Positions 28,910 through 39,665 of a stretch of 64,000 bases of DNA are shown here, piece after piece (the first letter of the stretch is position 1; each line of letters starts with the position of its first letter). The DNA comes from an uncultured bacterium (lineage in GTDB: Bacteria > Spirochaetota > UBA4802 > UB4802): contig CALEUQ010000008.1 in the NCBI GenBank assembly GCA_937920495.1, positions 6,086-70,085 on the forward strand, given 5' to 3'. Made by a program: the position numbers and the translations under genes. The notes under the pieces were generated by a model. The model ran no database searches. It was given only the letters and a program-made list of their open reading frames with translations, and was not told the DNA's origin.

Positions 28910-30229
28910 ATGGTAATAACATCAGAACAACTCAAGCGCATGGGACTTTTCATAATACTTTTAGTAATTTTGTTATTATATAATTTGTATTCCAAATTAT
29001 TTTTTAACTGGTATGGCATTGATTTAATCGTCAGGTCTTATTCTTTTCTTTTTTCCTTTTTATGTATTTTTAATTACACCCACATAGATTCCAAAAGCTA
29101 TACATCTTTGTATACCACGCGTCATCCAGGATATGCACATCTTATTATTTTTTTTGAATCAAGGATTATTCCCTTTTTACTTATATATTTTATTGCAATG
29201 CTTCATACGTTAATAGATTATATCAACAATAACAGCTGGCCATATAGCGCATATATAGCAATACTGGATGGGCGATATACAAACATTATTTTTTACTCAT
29301 TAATTCTTTTTGTTGTACTAAGATATAAGATAAAACCTTCTATTGCAGTACCATTATTCGTTGGGGGATCTATAGCATTTTATATTGTTGACAAATTCAT
29401 TTATACCAACCTCACAGCTGGCTTTGCGATAGTATCCGTTAAACTTATAAAACTTACTGTACTTATAGGTGTACTGGTGTTTGAATATTTTCATGTAAAT
29501 TTTCCCCAACTATTTTTAACGGCGATAGTTACTGCGTGTATCCTTTTTTCAGGTACTATCGGAACATATATATTTTTGTATTCTACAGTAAAACATGCGC
29601 ATGTTAAAAAAGAAATACAATTTAAACTTCTTCGTTATGGAATTCCATTTAAGATTAACGAACTCAAAAACTATGTTTTGACACAACGTCAATACAATGA
29701 TTATCAACTGTTTCTACGGTATTCTTCTGTACTGGGTTTACCTGTGAATTTTACTGATGAAGAGTGGAACAGTCTGCTCTTTTCTGAAAACACCCAGATG
29801 GCAGATGAGGTTGCTTCAGTACTGTTAAAGAAAAGCATCGCCATACCATTTAATTCAATTATTGACTATGCATACAGCATGTCATTTAAACAAAATGAAA
29901 AATTGCAATCGGCAGGCAATCTATCTCGCCTTGCTGCACGATTTGCTGATGGCAACGAAAAAACAATTATAGCCACATTTGAGAAAGGAAATATTTCATT
30001 AAAAATATGGATAATGAGTGTTATGGGGAATCACAAAAAAATTATTTATCTGCCTGTGTTGCTGCCTTATTGCGCCGACACTAACACCACATTAGCTACT
30101 ACCGCGTACAGCACACTGGTACAAATTACTGGTAAAAATCCTTCCGCTGAACGTAACATCCCCATCAATGATCCCCAGGTTCTTAAGGTGTTTAAAGATT
30201 TTTATTTTCAAAGCAGCAATATGAAATAA
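28910..30229 (+). CDS. Hypothetical polytopic membrane protein with cytoplasmic helical-repeat (HEAT-like) C-terminal domain
   Basis: At least 6 predicted TM helices in the first about 220 aa. The C-terminal 200 aa are alpha-helical repeat-like. It starts 9 nt after the preceding ORF. Confidence 0.4.
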   Translation: MVITSEQLKRMGLFIILLVILLLYNLYSKLFFNWYGIDLIVRSYSFLFSFLCIFNYTHIDSKSYTSLYTTRHPGYAHLIIFFESRIIPFLLIYFIAMLHTLIDYINNNSWPYSAYIAILDGRYTNIIFYSLILFVVLRYKIKPSIAVPLFVGGSIAFYIVDKFIYTNLTAGFAIVSVKLIKLTVLIGVLVFEYFHVNFPQLFLTAIVTACILFSGTIGTYIFLYSTVKHAHVKKEIQFKLLRYGIPFKINELKNYVLTQRQYNDYQLFLRYSSVLGLPVNFTDEEWNSLLFSENTQMADEVASVLLKKSIAIPFNSIIDYAYSMSFKQNEKLQSAGNLSRLAARFADGNEKTIIATFEKGNISLKIWIMSVMGNHKKIIYLPVLLPYCADTNTTLATTAYSTLVQITGKNPSAERNIPINDPQVLKVFKDFYFQSSNMK

Positions 30230-30824
30230 TGGGGCAACTGCTACATAAAGGCTTTCGTGCACTGCACACTGCTCTCCCATGATAGATGAATAGCAAATGC
30301 GCTGTAATCCAGTCCGATTGAGGGATGTTTTCCTCAAGTGCCATCTCAATGGCGATGGGTTTTTTGCTATCCGTATATCCTATTCTATAGGCAACACGCG
30401 CCACATGAGTATCAACGGGTATTGCAGGAACACCAAAACCAAATGCCAGTATTACATTGGCAGATTTCCTGCCCACTCCTGGCAGGCTCATTAATTCCTG
30501 GCGTGTGTGAGGTACAACTCCATTAAATTTATCTACGATAGTCCTGGCCAATGCCACAATATGCTTTGCCTTGTTGTGATAAAAACCCGTTGATTTAATA
30601 ATATTTTCAACATCTTTTATTGGTGCCTTTGCCAGTGAGTAAAAGTCAGGATATGTTTTAAACAGCAAAGGCGTCACCTTATTAACCTGATTGTCCGTTG
30701 TCTGAGCAGATAATACCACTGCAACACACAACTGATATATGTTAGTAAATCGTAGGGGGGTAGAAATCCGATACTGCGTTTTCAAACGCTTAATGATTTT
30801 TTTTGAAACTGTTTTATTTACCAT
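30192..30824 (-). CDS. nth: Endonuclease III (Nth)
   Basis: HhH-GPD region 'LPGVGRKSANVILAFGFG.PAIPVDTHV.RV'. FCL [4Fe-4S] motif 'C.ARKPLCSSCPI..YC'. Confidence 0.85.
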   Translation of the reverse strand: MVNKTVSKKIIKRLKTQYRISTPLRFTNIYQLCVAVVLSAQTTDNQVNKVTPLLFKTYPDFYSLAKAPIKDVENIIKSTGFYHNKAKHIVALARTIVDKFNGVVPHTRQELMSLPGVGRKSANVILAFGFGVPAIPVDTHVARVAYRIGYTDSKKPIAIEMALEENIPQSDWITAHLLFIYHGRAVCSARKPLCSSCPIISYCCFENKNL

Positions 30825-31344
30825 GAGCTATCGATAGAAGAAGTGATTGGGCCTCTTTTTGCCTGGACTTTAGTATAGCACTATCAGCACTATCATCATT
30901 ATTAAAATAATACCCGCAAATGAGCGGTTCATCATATTGTATGCCAAGAATTGCTTCCAGATCTTGTTGTGCCTTAACCTTTTGGCCCTGGCTCAAATAC
31001 AGCTTTGCTCGAAAGTAATATGCTTCAAAGTGGTTGGGTTTTTTTTCTATAGCCTGTGTAAAATAGTCTATAGCTTTTATAGCATCATGCATAAAATAGT
31101 AGGAAAGCCCTGCCCCAAACAGTATATCATAATCAATGTAATTTTTCTGGATAAGCCGGGTAAAATCCAGGGCAGCCCATTCATATCGGCGCTTATATAC
31201 ATTTTCCCATGCATTGACAATGGTTTGATTTATATACGGGTCATCAAACCGCCAGAGCTTTTTATGAGTTTTGTGCTGCACTGATGAACATTGTACAAGC
31301 ATGATACCTGCCAGGCAGATTGCACACAATATATATTTTTTCAT
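30814..31344 (-). CDS. TPR-repeat lipoprotein
   Basis: Signal peptide plus lipobox ('MLVQCSS') and TPR-like repeats. Overlaps by 4 nt with the upstream gene and by 11 nt with nth, consistent with an operon. Confidence 0.5.
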   Translation of the reverse strand: MKKYILCAICLAGIMLVQCSSVQHKTHKKLWRFDDPYINQTIVNAWENVYKRRYEWAALDFTRLIQKNYIDYDILFGAGLSYYFMHDAIKAIDYFTQAIEKKPNHFEAYYFRAKLYLSQGQKVKAQQDLEAILGIQYDEPLICGYYFNNDDSADSAILKSRQKEAQSLLLSIAHGK

Positions 31345-31940
31345 AGTATGTATTCTCCTGCAATCTTTTCTAATAGGCGTTTAATCTTTTGTAACGCGCG
31401 TGCCCTGTGGCTTATTGTATTTTTTACATCCATTGGCAGCTGCGCCATGGTCATTCCTAATTCTGGTATATAGAACACAGGATCATATCCAAAGCCATTA
31501 TCACCTGCTGGCTTCCTTGCAATAACACCTTCACAAACACCGTCTTCTACATATTCCCTGCCATCAGGGAAAACAAGTGCCATAACACATACAAACCGTG
31601 CCTGACGTTTATCATCAGGTACATCGATCATCTTTTGTAATAATAGCATGTATCGTTCTTTATCTGTTGCACAATTGCCATACCTGGCTGAATAGACGCC
31701 GGGCTCACCTCCCAATGCATCTACCACCAGCCCCGAATCATCCGCTAACGCAGGCAATCCTGTCGCATTACACACATGCCTGGCCTTCAGCAATGCATTA
31801 TCCGTAAATGTTGATCCTGTCTCTTCTATATCGCCAATTGCGGGATAATCTTCCAGTGATGTAAAAACAACTGACGGAATACCAAAAGAAAGTATTTCTT
31901 TCATCTTCCCTTTATTGCGAGTTGCAACTACAACTTCCAT
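31341..31940 (-). CDS. rdgB: Non-canonical purine NTP pyrophosphatase (RdgB/HAM1, dITP/XTP pyrophosphatase)
   Basis: 'VVVATRNKGKMKE', 'ETGSTF.DNALLKAR', 'GLPALADDSGL.VDALGG.PGVYSARY', 'FGYDPVF'. Confidence 0.85.
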   Translation of the reverse strand: MEVVVATRNKGKMKEILSFGIPSVVFTSLEDYPAIGDIEETGSTFTDNALLKARHVCNATGLPALADDSGLVVDALGGEPGVYSARYGNCATDKERYMLLLQKMIDVPDDKRQARFVCVMALVFPDGREYVEDGVCEGVIARKPAGDNGFGYDPVFYIPELGMTMAQLPMDVKNTISHRARALQKIKRLLEKIAGEYIL

Positions 31941-32348
31941 AATAATTTGTTAACTCTCCCAATAGTAATGAAATTGTACACACTTCTTCCTGCACTTATT
32001 CCTATATGTAACGATATAATGACATGTCAGATTAATTCTCAATACAAATTATAACAATAATGAAGGCACATGCCTCCTAAAAAAATATTTTATCCAATTT
32101 GAATGTGCAGGAGTAAAAGAATAATCCATGAATATTAATTGAATGCTTTAATAAAATAGTCAATCCAAAATAAGAGTGGTTGCCATTTTTTATGAACACC
32201 GTAATAAAATAGGACATCATCTGTTAAAAAATTATATATCCCCTCATTTACTTGCACCCGTAAGTGTTTTTCTTCAAACATAGTTTTTACACCTTTGGTA
32301 TTTATTTTAATTGAAAAATTTATTATCATTATATATTAGTTCAATGTT

Positions 32349-33023
32349 ATGAAAGATAAGGAAAAGATTAATATTTTAAGAATAGGAATTGCCAATCTTT
32401 CTGAACTGGAAGAGCTGGTAAAGGCATTCAGACTTATGAATCAGTATTCCCGACGAAGACGATTTGTTGTTTCACGGGAGGACTTAAAGGATGTGTATGG
32501 AAATATTATTGTTGAAAAAGCCCATGATATAAACATATCAGTTGTAAAATTACTGCAGCGAAATTTCAAACCGGATACCGACTTTAAGATATTTAGCTCT
32601 GATGAAGGTATTGCTATTGTAACCAATACCGAATCACCTAACGCAAAGGAGTTTTCATCACAACTTATTTCTACCATTGAAGGGATTGGCGGAGGAATAT
32701 ATAAACCTTTTATTTATACTGTGCCAGGATTTTATGAACTTTTCAAGTTATTTGAAAAAGGTCTTTCACCAAAATTGGTTGTAGTTGGGTACATACCGGT
32801 AAAACAGGTTGCCCAGGAAGTATCAATCTATAATGAAATAAAAAAGTATGACCCATATATCAGAATTCTTGATATTACCCATGATGATTTAAAACCAAAA
32901 TCATTTTTAAAAGGGGCTGTAACATTTCATTTTGACAATTCTCATAAAGTGTGGCAAAGATTTTTAACCAAACTAATTCAGGAATACACCAAACCATATT
33001 TCATGGAAGAAATCACAAAATAA
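32349..33023 (+). CDS. Hypothetical protein
   Basis: 224-aa ORF ending 12 nt before the sensor kinase start. No recognisable domain. Confidence 0.35.
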   Translation: MKDKEKINILRIGIANLSELEELVKAFRLMNQYSRRRRFVVSREDLKDVYGNIIVEKAHDINISVVKLLQRNFKPDTDFKIFSSDEGIAIVTNTESPNAKEFSSQLISTIEGIGGGIYKPFIYTVPGFYELFKLFEKGLSPKLVVVGYIPVKQVAQEVSIYNEIKKYDPYIRILDITHDDLKPKSFLKGAVTFHFDNSHKVWQRFLTKLIQEYTKPYFMEEITK

Positions 33024-33034
33024 GCAATTACGTT

Positions 33035-35077
33035 ATGAAAGATAAGCTTTTACAATATTTTGCTATAAGTCTGTTTGTAATTGTTATTGGTGTTACATCA
33101 ATTATTTCCATATTAAGCTATTGTATTATCCCGCATTCCTGGATTTTTTATTTAAATATTGCCAGTACTGCGTTACTAATTTTACTTTTTATCTATATCA
33201 AAAAAATACATAAAATTCTATTCATAGATAAAATTGAAAAATTACACACAATTGCTGAAAATTTTAAAAAGGGCGTCTTCCTTCATACTGTTGATCATAT
33301 AGCTGGTGATGATCCCATTGCAAAAATATATACTGAGCTGTTATTGGCTTCCAGAAATCTGGAAAATATCATCAAATCACAGAAAAGTGAAATAGAGAAG
33401 TTACGCGAACTTTATACCAATATGATGTTTTCCATGAATGCCTATATTGTTGTGATTGATTTACACAACACTATCATTTTCACCAATGATCTATTCTTGA
33501 AGAAATTTCAATACACATCTCAGGATGTATCTGGAAAAAATATTAATGAACTTTTTTATTTTTTAACAGGAACAGTGCTGCAGGCTATTGAAGAGATAAA
33601 AAAAACTCATGAATCCATAGTATTAGAAAAAGCCCATCTGATTTCAAATAACCGTATTACGATTATTGCTGACATTAAATTGTCATATATGATTTCCAAC
33701 AATGAACCACAGATAATTATGGTAATGGATGATGTTACCAGCAAAACAAAGCGTGATTATCAGATTTCACTTATTACAAGGCTATCAGAAAAAATCCAGA
33801 AAGATGATGTATTAGACCATGTATTGAGGACAATATTAACCGCCGTAACATCAGGTACTGGGCTGGGATTTAACCGTGCAATGCTTTTTTTGAAGGATGA
33901 AAAGAACAATGTCCTATTTGGCAGAATGGCAGTTGGTCCTGATACCCTTGAAGAAGCGTTTGCTATCTGGAGCAGTTTGAGCCCTCAAAAAGACAAGGAG
34001 ATATTAAGTCGTGGCATCAACGGTGATGACGAGCACGGCAGATTGTTAAAAGAAAAAGTTGCATCTACTTCATTTGATTTGAATGAAGATACTATTTTTA
34101 CCCAAGCATTCAAAACCGGAGAAACAATCCATGTATACGATGCCTACCGGGATGTCCGCGTGAATGATGAAATAAGGTCTTTCATTGATGTGAATGAATT
34201 TGTTATTGTGCCCCTGATAGCCTTGAATAAAACAATAGGCATTGTCATAGCCGACAATAAATTTAATCAGATGCCAATTACTCAGGATAGTGTTGACCTT
34301 TTAACTGTATTTGCATATCAGGCAGCTTTATCAATAGAAAGCTATAACAGCCTTGAGCTTCTTAAAAAAGAGATGGAAAAAATAAAACAGCGACAGGAGG
34401 CCATTGTTGAATCTGAAAAACTGGCAGCCATTGGCCGTATTGCATCCCATATTGCACATGAGATCCGTAATCCGCTTGTGACAGTTGGAGGATATTCACG
34501 CAGAATATTACAGAATATATCCCAGAATCAACCGGATGTAGAAAAAATAAAAAAAGCAGCACAGATAATTATGACCGAAACAGAGCGGCTTGAAAAAATT
34601 TTGGCCAATGTAATGGACTTCACACGCCCATCACCATTTTTGCTGCGGTTTAATAACATCAATGATATTATCAAAGACACAGCATCCCTGCTTTCAAATG
34701 TATTTCAGGAAAGACGCGTAGAGCTATCGCTCCAACTTCAGGAAGTTCCATTAATTAAATCAGATTTTAATCAGATGAAGCAGGTTATGCTCAACCTTTT
34801 GCAAAATGCTCTTGATGCAACACAACCTTATGGTGTGGTAGAGGTTACAACATATGCAGATGACAAACATGTCTACATTGATGTCAGTGATAGCGGAACA
34901 GGAATAGATGAAGAAAATATCAATATTATCTTTGAGCCCTTTTATACCACCAAGACAACCGGTGTTGGATTGGGACTGGCAATCGTAAAAAAAATTGTTG
35001 CCGATCACAATGGCGAAATAAAAGTAACCAACAAAGAAAGAGGGGCAGTGTTCTCAATTTCAATACCATTGCCTTGA
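33035..35077 (+). CDS. Membrane sensor histidine kinase with PAS-like and GAF domains
   Basis: Start ATG 33035 ('MKDKLL'). Two TM helices, a GAF region ('GFNRAMLFLKDEKNNVLFGRMAVGP'), HisKA 'IASHIAHEIRNPL', HATPase 'LLQNALDAT', 'DSGTGIDEE', 'TGVGLGLAIVKKIV'. Confidence 0.8.
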   Translation: MKDKLLQYFAISLFVIVIGVTSIISILSYCIIPHSWIFYLNIASTALLILLFIYIKKIHKILFIDKIEKLHTIAENFKKGVFLHTVDHIAGDDPIAKIYTELLLASRNLENIIKSQKSEIEKLRELYTNMMFSMNAYIVVIDLHNTIIFTNDLFLKKFQYTSQDVSGKNINELFYFLTGTVLQAIEEIKKTHESIVLEKAHLISNNRITIIADIKLSYMISNNEPQIIMVMDDVTSKTKRDYQISLITRLSEKIQKDDVLDHVLRTILTAVTSGTGLGFNRAMLFLKDEKNNVLFGRMAVGPDTLEEAFAIWSSLSPQKDKEILSRGINGDDEHGRLLKEKVASTSFDLNEDTIFTQAFKTGETIHVYDAYRDVRVNDEIRSFIDVNEFVIVPLIALNKTIGIVIADNKFNQMPITQDSVDLLTVFAYQAALSIESYNSLELLKKEMEKIKQRQEAIVESEKLAAIGRIASHIAHEIRNPLVTVGGYSRRILQNISQNQPDVEKIKKAAQIIMTETERLEKILANVMDFTRPSPFLLRFNNINDIIKDTASLLSNVFQERRVELSLQLQEVPLIKSDFNQMKQVMLNLLQNALDATQPYGVVEVTTYADDKHVYIDVSDSGTGIDEENINIIFEPFYTTKTTGVGLGLAIVKKIVADHNGEIKVTNKERGAVFSISIPLP

Positions 35078-35153
35078 TGAATTCTTCACAGCGCTTTTAT
35101 AGTTGGCGGTACACAACTCATCAAACAAAATTTGTGAACATAAAAAACATATT

Positions 35154-35200
35154 GTACACCCCCGTCGCCGAAGGCGGAGGGGGTGTACATCTTTTTATTA
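35154..35200 (+). terminator. Rho-independent terminator after sensor kinase
   Basis: GTACACCCCCGTCGCC-GAAG-GCGGAGGGGGTGTAC hairpin (10-bp GC-rich stem plus extension) followed by ATCTTTTTATT. Confidence 0.7.
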
Positions 35201-35307
35201 ACAAAATATTTTTAAGGAATTATTAATCATATTTCAATAAAAAATGTTTTTGATTTTTTTATAGAAATAGTGTACATTACATAATAGAAATACACCAGGA
35301 GGTTGCT

Positions 35308-35667
35308 ATGAAAAAAATATTGATTGTTGAAGATGAACAGCATCAACGTGAACTGTATGCAATGGAGCTTCAGGAAGAAGGGTATGATGTTGATCAGGCA
35401 GCAAATGGCAAAGAAGCCGTTGATAAGGTTAAGGCAAACAAATACGACTGTGTGGTGCTGGATATCCGTATGCCCGAGATGGATGGTATTGAAGCGCTTG
35501 GAAAAATTTTATCACGTGATAAAAAAGTGCCTATTATCATTTATACCGCTTACTCCAATTATAAAAGCAACTTTATGACATGGACTGCAGACGCATATAT
35601 TACTAAATCATCTAACTTAAAAGAATTGAAAGATAAAATCAAAGAACTGGTCACAGCACGAAGCTAA
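35308..35667 (+). CDS. Single-domain response regulator (CheY-like receiver)
   Basis: 'KILIVEDE', phospho-acceptor 'CVVLDIRMPEMDG', 'IIIYTAYS'. GGAGG RBS. The stop abuts the glgC ATG. Confidence 0.8.
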   Translation: MKKILIVEDEQHQRELYAMELQEEGYDVDQAANGKEAVDKVKANKYDCVVLDIRMPEMDGIEALGKILSRDKKVPIIIYTAYSNYKSNFMTWTADAYITKSSNLKELKDKIKELVTARS

Positions 35668-36888
35668 ATGGAACTGCAAGAGGCATTAAAACAAACACTT
35701 GTGTTTATCCTGGCTGGTGGGCAGGGCGAGCGGTTATACCCTCTCACAAGAGACAGGTCAAAACCTTCAGTTCATTTTGCCGGGACGTATAGAATCATTG
35801 ATTTTTCATTAAGCAATTGCCTCAACTCTGACCTGCGCCGTATTATTGTGCTTACTCAGTATAAATCGTTGTCGCTTGACCGCCACATAAAAACTGCATG
35901 GAATCTGTATTTTAGAGAATCCGGAAATTTTATTGATGTAGTACCGCCACAGCAGCGATATGATGAAAACTGGTATCTTGGAACCGCAGATGCCATATTT
36001 CAGAATATTTATATCATTGAACATGAAAAGCCTCTCTATACGGTAATCCTCTCTGGCGATCATATCTATAAAATGGACTACCGCAAAATGCTCAAATACC
36101 ATATAGAAAAAGATGCTGATATGACCATTGCTGCATGCGAAATGCCGGTGCAGGAAGCACGACGCTTTGGTGTTTTAGTAACCGATAGTTCCTTACAAGT
36201 AATCGGTTTTGAAGAAAAACCTGATAATCCACAATCAGTCCCCGGAAATCCTGATGTTGCATTTGTCTCTATGGGAATTTATATTTTTACCACTCATAAG
36301 CTGGTCCGTTACGTCTCTGATGACCATAAGCTCGATAGTACAAAGGATTTTGGAAAAGATATTATCCCACGAATATTTTCTACCGAACGCGTGTTTGCCT
36401 ACGACTACGTTCATAATGAAAAAGAACGCGCCTACTGGCGCGATATAGGAACTATCGCCTCTTACTATGAAGCCCATAGGGATATTATCTCAGTTTCACC
36501 TATTCTCAACCTGTACGATAAAGAATGGCCTATTCGTACATATATGGAACAGTGGCCTCCAGCAAAATTTATTCATAATGAAGAAGGAAGACGAGGTGTT
36601 GCCATCAACTCACTGATTGCCAATGGCGCAATCATAAGCGGTGGGTATGTTGAAGAGTCAGTCATATCTCCCGGGGTAAAGGTTAACAGCTACTCTGAAG
36701 TCAGGGGGAGCATCATCATGCATGGGTCAAGCATTGGGCGGCATGCAAAAATAAAAAACGCCATCATTGATAAAGACAATCATATACCTGAACACATGCA
36801 TATCGGGTACGATCTGGAAGAAGATAAAAAACATTTTACCGTAAGTCCCGAAGGGATTGTTGTAATACCAAAAGGATATCTGCAATAA
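35668..36888 (+). CDS. glgC: Glucose-1-phosphate adenylyltransferase
   Basis: 'ILAGGQGERLYPLTRDRSKPSVHFAGTYRIIDFSLSNC', 'GTADAI', C-terminal LbH region. Confidence 0.85.
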   Translation: MELQEALKQTLVFILAGGQGERLYPLTRDRSKPSVHFAGTYRIIDFSLSNCLNSDLRRIIVLTQYKSLSLDRHIKTAWNLYFRESGNFIDVVPPQQRYDENWYLGTADAIFQNIYIIEHEKPLYTVILSGDHIYKMDYRKMLKYHIEKDADMTIAACEMPVQEARRFGVLVTDSSLQVIGFEEKPDNPQSVPGNPDVAFVSMGIYIFTTHKLVRYVSDDHKLDSTKDFGKDIIPRIFSTERVFAYDYVHNEKERAYWRDIGTIASYYEAHRDIISVSPILNLYDKEWPIRTYMEQWPPAKFIHNEEGRRGVAINSLIANGAIISGGYVEESVISPGVKVNSYSEVRGSIIMHGSSIGRHAKIKNAIIDKDNHIPEHMHIGYDLEEDKKHFTVSPEGIVVIPKGYLQ

Positions 36889-36960
36889 AATTATAGCAAA
36901 CCACTTTTTACGTGATAGATTAATCCAATATGCCAAATTGTGTTGTGGGAGGAACATTAG

Positions 36961-39018
36961 GTGGACAGCAATTTCATTTTTTGCCTGCATAACCATCAGC
37001 CCGTTGGAAATTTTGATCATGTGTTTGAATGGGCTTACAACGATTGCTACAAAAAAACTCTTGATCTTTTGTACCAATACCCGGAGTTTAAATTTGCAAT
37101 TCACAATTCCGGTCCTCTTCTTGAATGGATAGAAAATCATGATCCTTCATATTGCGACATGCTGGCACAAATGGTACAGCGCGGTCAGGTTGAAATAATT
37201 GGCGGTGGCTTTTACGAGCCCATTTTTTCAATTATCAGCGAAGAAGATATACATGGCCACATATCATTGATGCAGAGTTTCTGTAAACAACGCTTTGGCG
37301 TGGAACCGCAAGGTTTCTGGACTGCTGAGCGTGTATGGGATCCTGATATTCCCCGGCTGGTATATGACTTTAAATTACAATATACACTGCTTGACGACAT
37401 CCATTTCCGTTATGCTGGAATTCCCGAAAGCGGCTTATACGGTTATTACATAACAGAGCGTCTGCTCAGGCCGTTACGCGTTTTCCCCATAGATAAATTC
37501 CTGCGCTACTCAATTCCTTTTAAGCTGCCACATGAAACAATAGACTATTTCAAACGCCAGTGCGATAAATATGGCAACTGTGCATTTGTCTATGGTGATG
37601 ATGGCGAAAAGTTTGGCGTATGGCCACACACATATCAATGGGTATTTGAAGAAAAATGGCTGCAAAATTTTATAGAAGCAATTTTGAAAGAAAACTTCAT
37701 TTCAATGGTTCATCCAAAAGATTATATTAAAGATCATCCGCCAATTGACAGGGTATACCTTACTCAGGGGAGTTACTATGAAATGTCAGAATGGGCACTT
37801 CCTGCTGAAAGCGCCGCTCTGCTTGTAAGGCTTCATAATGAAATAAAATCCGCCGGCAGGGAAGCAGAGTTTTATCCTTTTTTGAAAGGTGGTGTATGGA
37901 ATAATTTTTTAAATAAGTACCCCGAATCAAATGCCATTAATAAACGGACACTCTATCTTTCACGTGAGATAAACAATCTTGAGATGAGAACAGGCAAAGA
38001 CTTATCACAGGCAAAATCTGAAAATTTCAAAGCACAGTGCAACTGCGCATACTGGCATGGACTCTTTGGCGGTATCTATCTTACACATCTGCGAAACGCA
38101 CTGTATGAACATATCCTTGCAAGCGAAGAGCTTGTATGCAAAGCAAAAAAGCTAAGCAATGTTGAGATAGTTACCGGTGATTTTCGCAACGAAGGATCAG
38201 ATCAGATTTTTATTCGTAACAAGACCTTAAGCCTGCTCATCAACCCTGCATTTGGCGCTTCAATTTCTGAATTCAGCAATCGAGTCAAGAAAGTCAATGC
38301 ATTTGATGTTATAGCTCGCCGCAAAGAAGCATATCACGAGTTGTTAGCACAACTCAATGAGGATGAACTTAATAACGATGCCGTTAAATCAATTCATGAC
38401 ATGGTTACAGTAAAAGAAAAAGGCCTTAAGCGCTACCTTGTATATGACAGCTCACGACGTTACTCATGCAAGGAGCTTTTATTTTCTGCCATGCCCTCTG
38501 CACAGGAGCTTATGTTCAATACACTAGCGTATACAGATTGCTCGCATCATCCCTATACGTACACAATACACAAGAATAGCATTATATGCCTTAGTTCTGG
38601 CACCTTGCTACCTGCAATAACAAAAACGTTTTCCGTTCATACTACTGACCCCACCATTGCCGTTCATTATGCTATTACCGGGTTTAATGGAGTACTGGGA
38701 ATAGAATGCAACGTGAATATGCTTGCACCTCATGTAAAAGAATGTTACTATAAAATTGAAGGCATTCTTCCTGAAGAATCATATTTAGACAGCATAGGGG
38801 AACTAGACAATATTACCCGTTACGATATTGTTGATAATAATCGTAATGTCACTTTCAGCGTGCAGACAAATAGACCCGCTACATTGATACGATACCCGAT
38901 ATACACTATTTCACAATCCGATGCAGGTTTTGAAAAGAACTTCCAGGGAAGCTGTGTTATTTTGTGTTTTGAAGTTACTGATACGCTGCAACTTGATCTG
39001 AAGATGTCCTTGCAATAA
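36961..39018 (+). CDS. GH57-family alpha-glucan hydrolase/transferase (alpha-amylase / 4-alpha-glucanotransferase type)
   Basis: GTG start after a GGGAGG RBS. GH57 N-terminal signature 'FIFCLHNHQPVGNF'. Also 'GQVEIIGGGFYEPIFS', 'GFWTAERVWD', 'FVYGDDGEKFG' (catalytic region). Confidence 0.75.
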   Translation: MDSNFIFCLHNHQPVGNFDHVFEWAYNDCYKKTLDLLYQYPEFKFAIHNSGPLLEWIENHDPSYCDMLAQMVQRGQVEIIGGGFYEPIFSIISEEDIHGHISLMQSFCKQRFGVEPQGFWTAERVWDPDIPRLVYDFKLQYTLLDDIHFRYAGIPESGLYGYYITERLLRPLRVFPIDKFLRYSIPFKLPHETIDYFKRQCDKYGNCAFVYGDDGEKFGVWPHTYQWVFEEKWLQNFIEAILKENFISMVHPKDYIKDHPPIDRVYLTQGSYYEMSEWALPAESAALLVRLHNEIKSAGREAEFYPFLKGGVWNNFLNKYPESNAINKRTLYLSREINNLEMRTGKDLSQAKSENFKAQCNCAYWHGLFGGIYLTHLRNALYEHILASEELVCKAKKLSNVEIVTGDFRNEGSDQIFIRNKTLSLLINPAFGASISEFSNRVKKVNAFDVIARRKEAYHELLAQLNEDELNNDAVKSIHDMVTVKEKGLKRYLVYDSSRRYSCKELLFSAMPSAQELMFNTLAYTDCSHHPYTYTIHKNSIICLSSGTLLPAITKTFSVHTTDPTIAVHYAITGFNGVLGIECNVNMLAPHVKECYYKIEGILPEESYLDSIGELDNITRYDIVDNNRNVTFSVQTNRPATLIRYPIYTISQSDAGFEKNFQGSCVILCFEVTDTLQLDLKMSLQ

Positions 39019-39116
39019 TCATATACCCGGCCGCCCTGGGCAATGATTTAAATCATTTTAATGTTACTTTAATAGAAAGTATATGCTTTAAAAAATTTAA
39101 AAAAATTAATGGTACT

Positions 39117-39497
39117 TTAACCTTGATTTTCTTTGTCTTCTTTTTCTTGTTTAGCCATTTCCTGCAATACTGCTTTCTGAACCTGTTGATAATGCTTTGG
39201 TGAATGTATCACAAGTGTGGTAAACATATACTCATCCTTATGCTGCATAAGCGCATTCACATGCGAAACAAGATCCTTTATCTCAAAATCAGAACGTACA
39301 ATCTTTCGCTCTATATCGTTAGTAACTATCTCCTGAATGAAATTGTAATGGGCTTTCACAAATTCTAATGCATGTTCTTTTTCAGGAGTGTTTGCCTTAT
39401 AGTGTGCCAGAGCTTTTACAATATTATCACTGGTTACAATTGATGATATTTCATCCATTACAAGAATGCGTTCAGGCTGCTTTTCTTGCGTATCCAT
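39117..39497 (-). CDS. Hypothetical protein
   Basis: 126 aa, charged C-terminal tail, no recognisable domain. Confidence 0.3.
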   Translation of the reverse strand: MDTQEKQPERILVMDEISSIVTSDNIVKALAHYKANTPEKEHALEFVKAHYNFIQEIVTNDIERKIVRSDFEIKDLVSHVNALMQHKDEYMFTTLVIHSPKHYQQVQKAVLQEMAKQEKEDKENQG

Positions 39498-39665
39498 TGC
39501 ATGCTCCCCGGGAAAATATTATGTTACCACTACACCTTTCATGATACTTTCACATCCTTAACATAACGATGCTGTGCATGGCATTGATTTCATCACAACC
39601 CTTATAGGGCTGCACTATGCACAGTACTGTCTATAACAATACGATACTAAACCAAATTGTCAACA

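Noticed and set aside
32135-32329. 64-aa ORF in the rdgB / hypothetical intergenic region
   Set aside because: No RBS, no conservation clue. The 400-bp region more likely holds promoters for the divergent genes.
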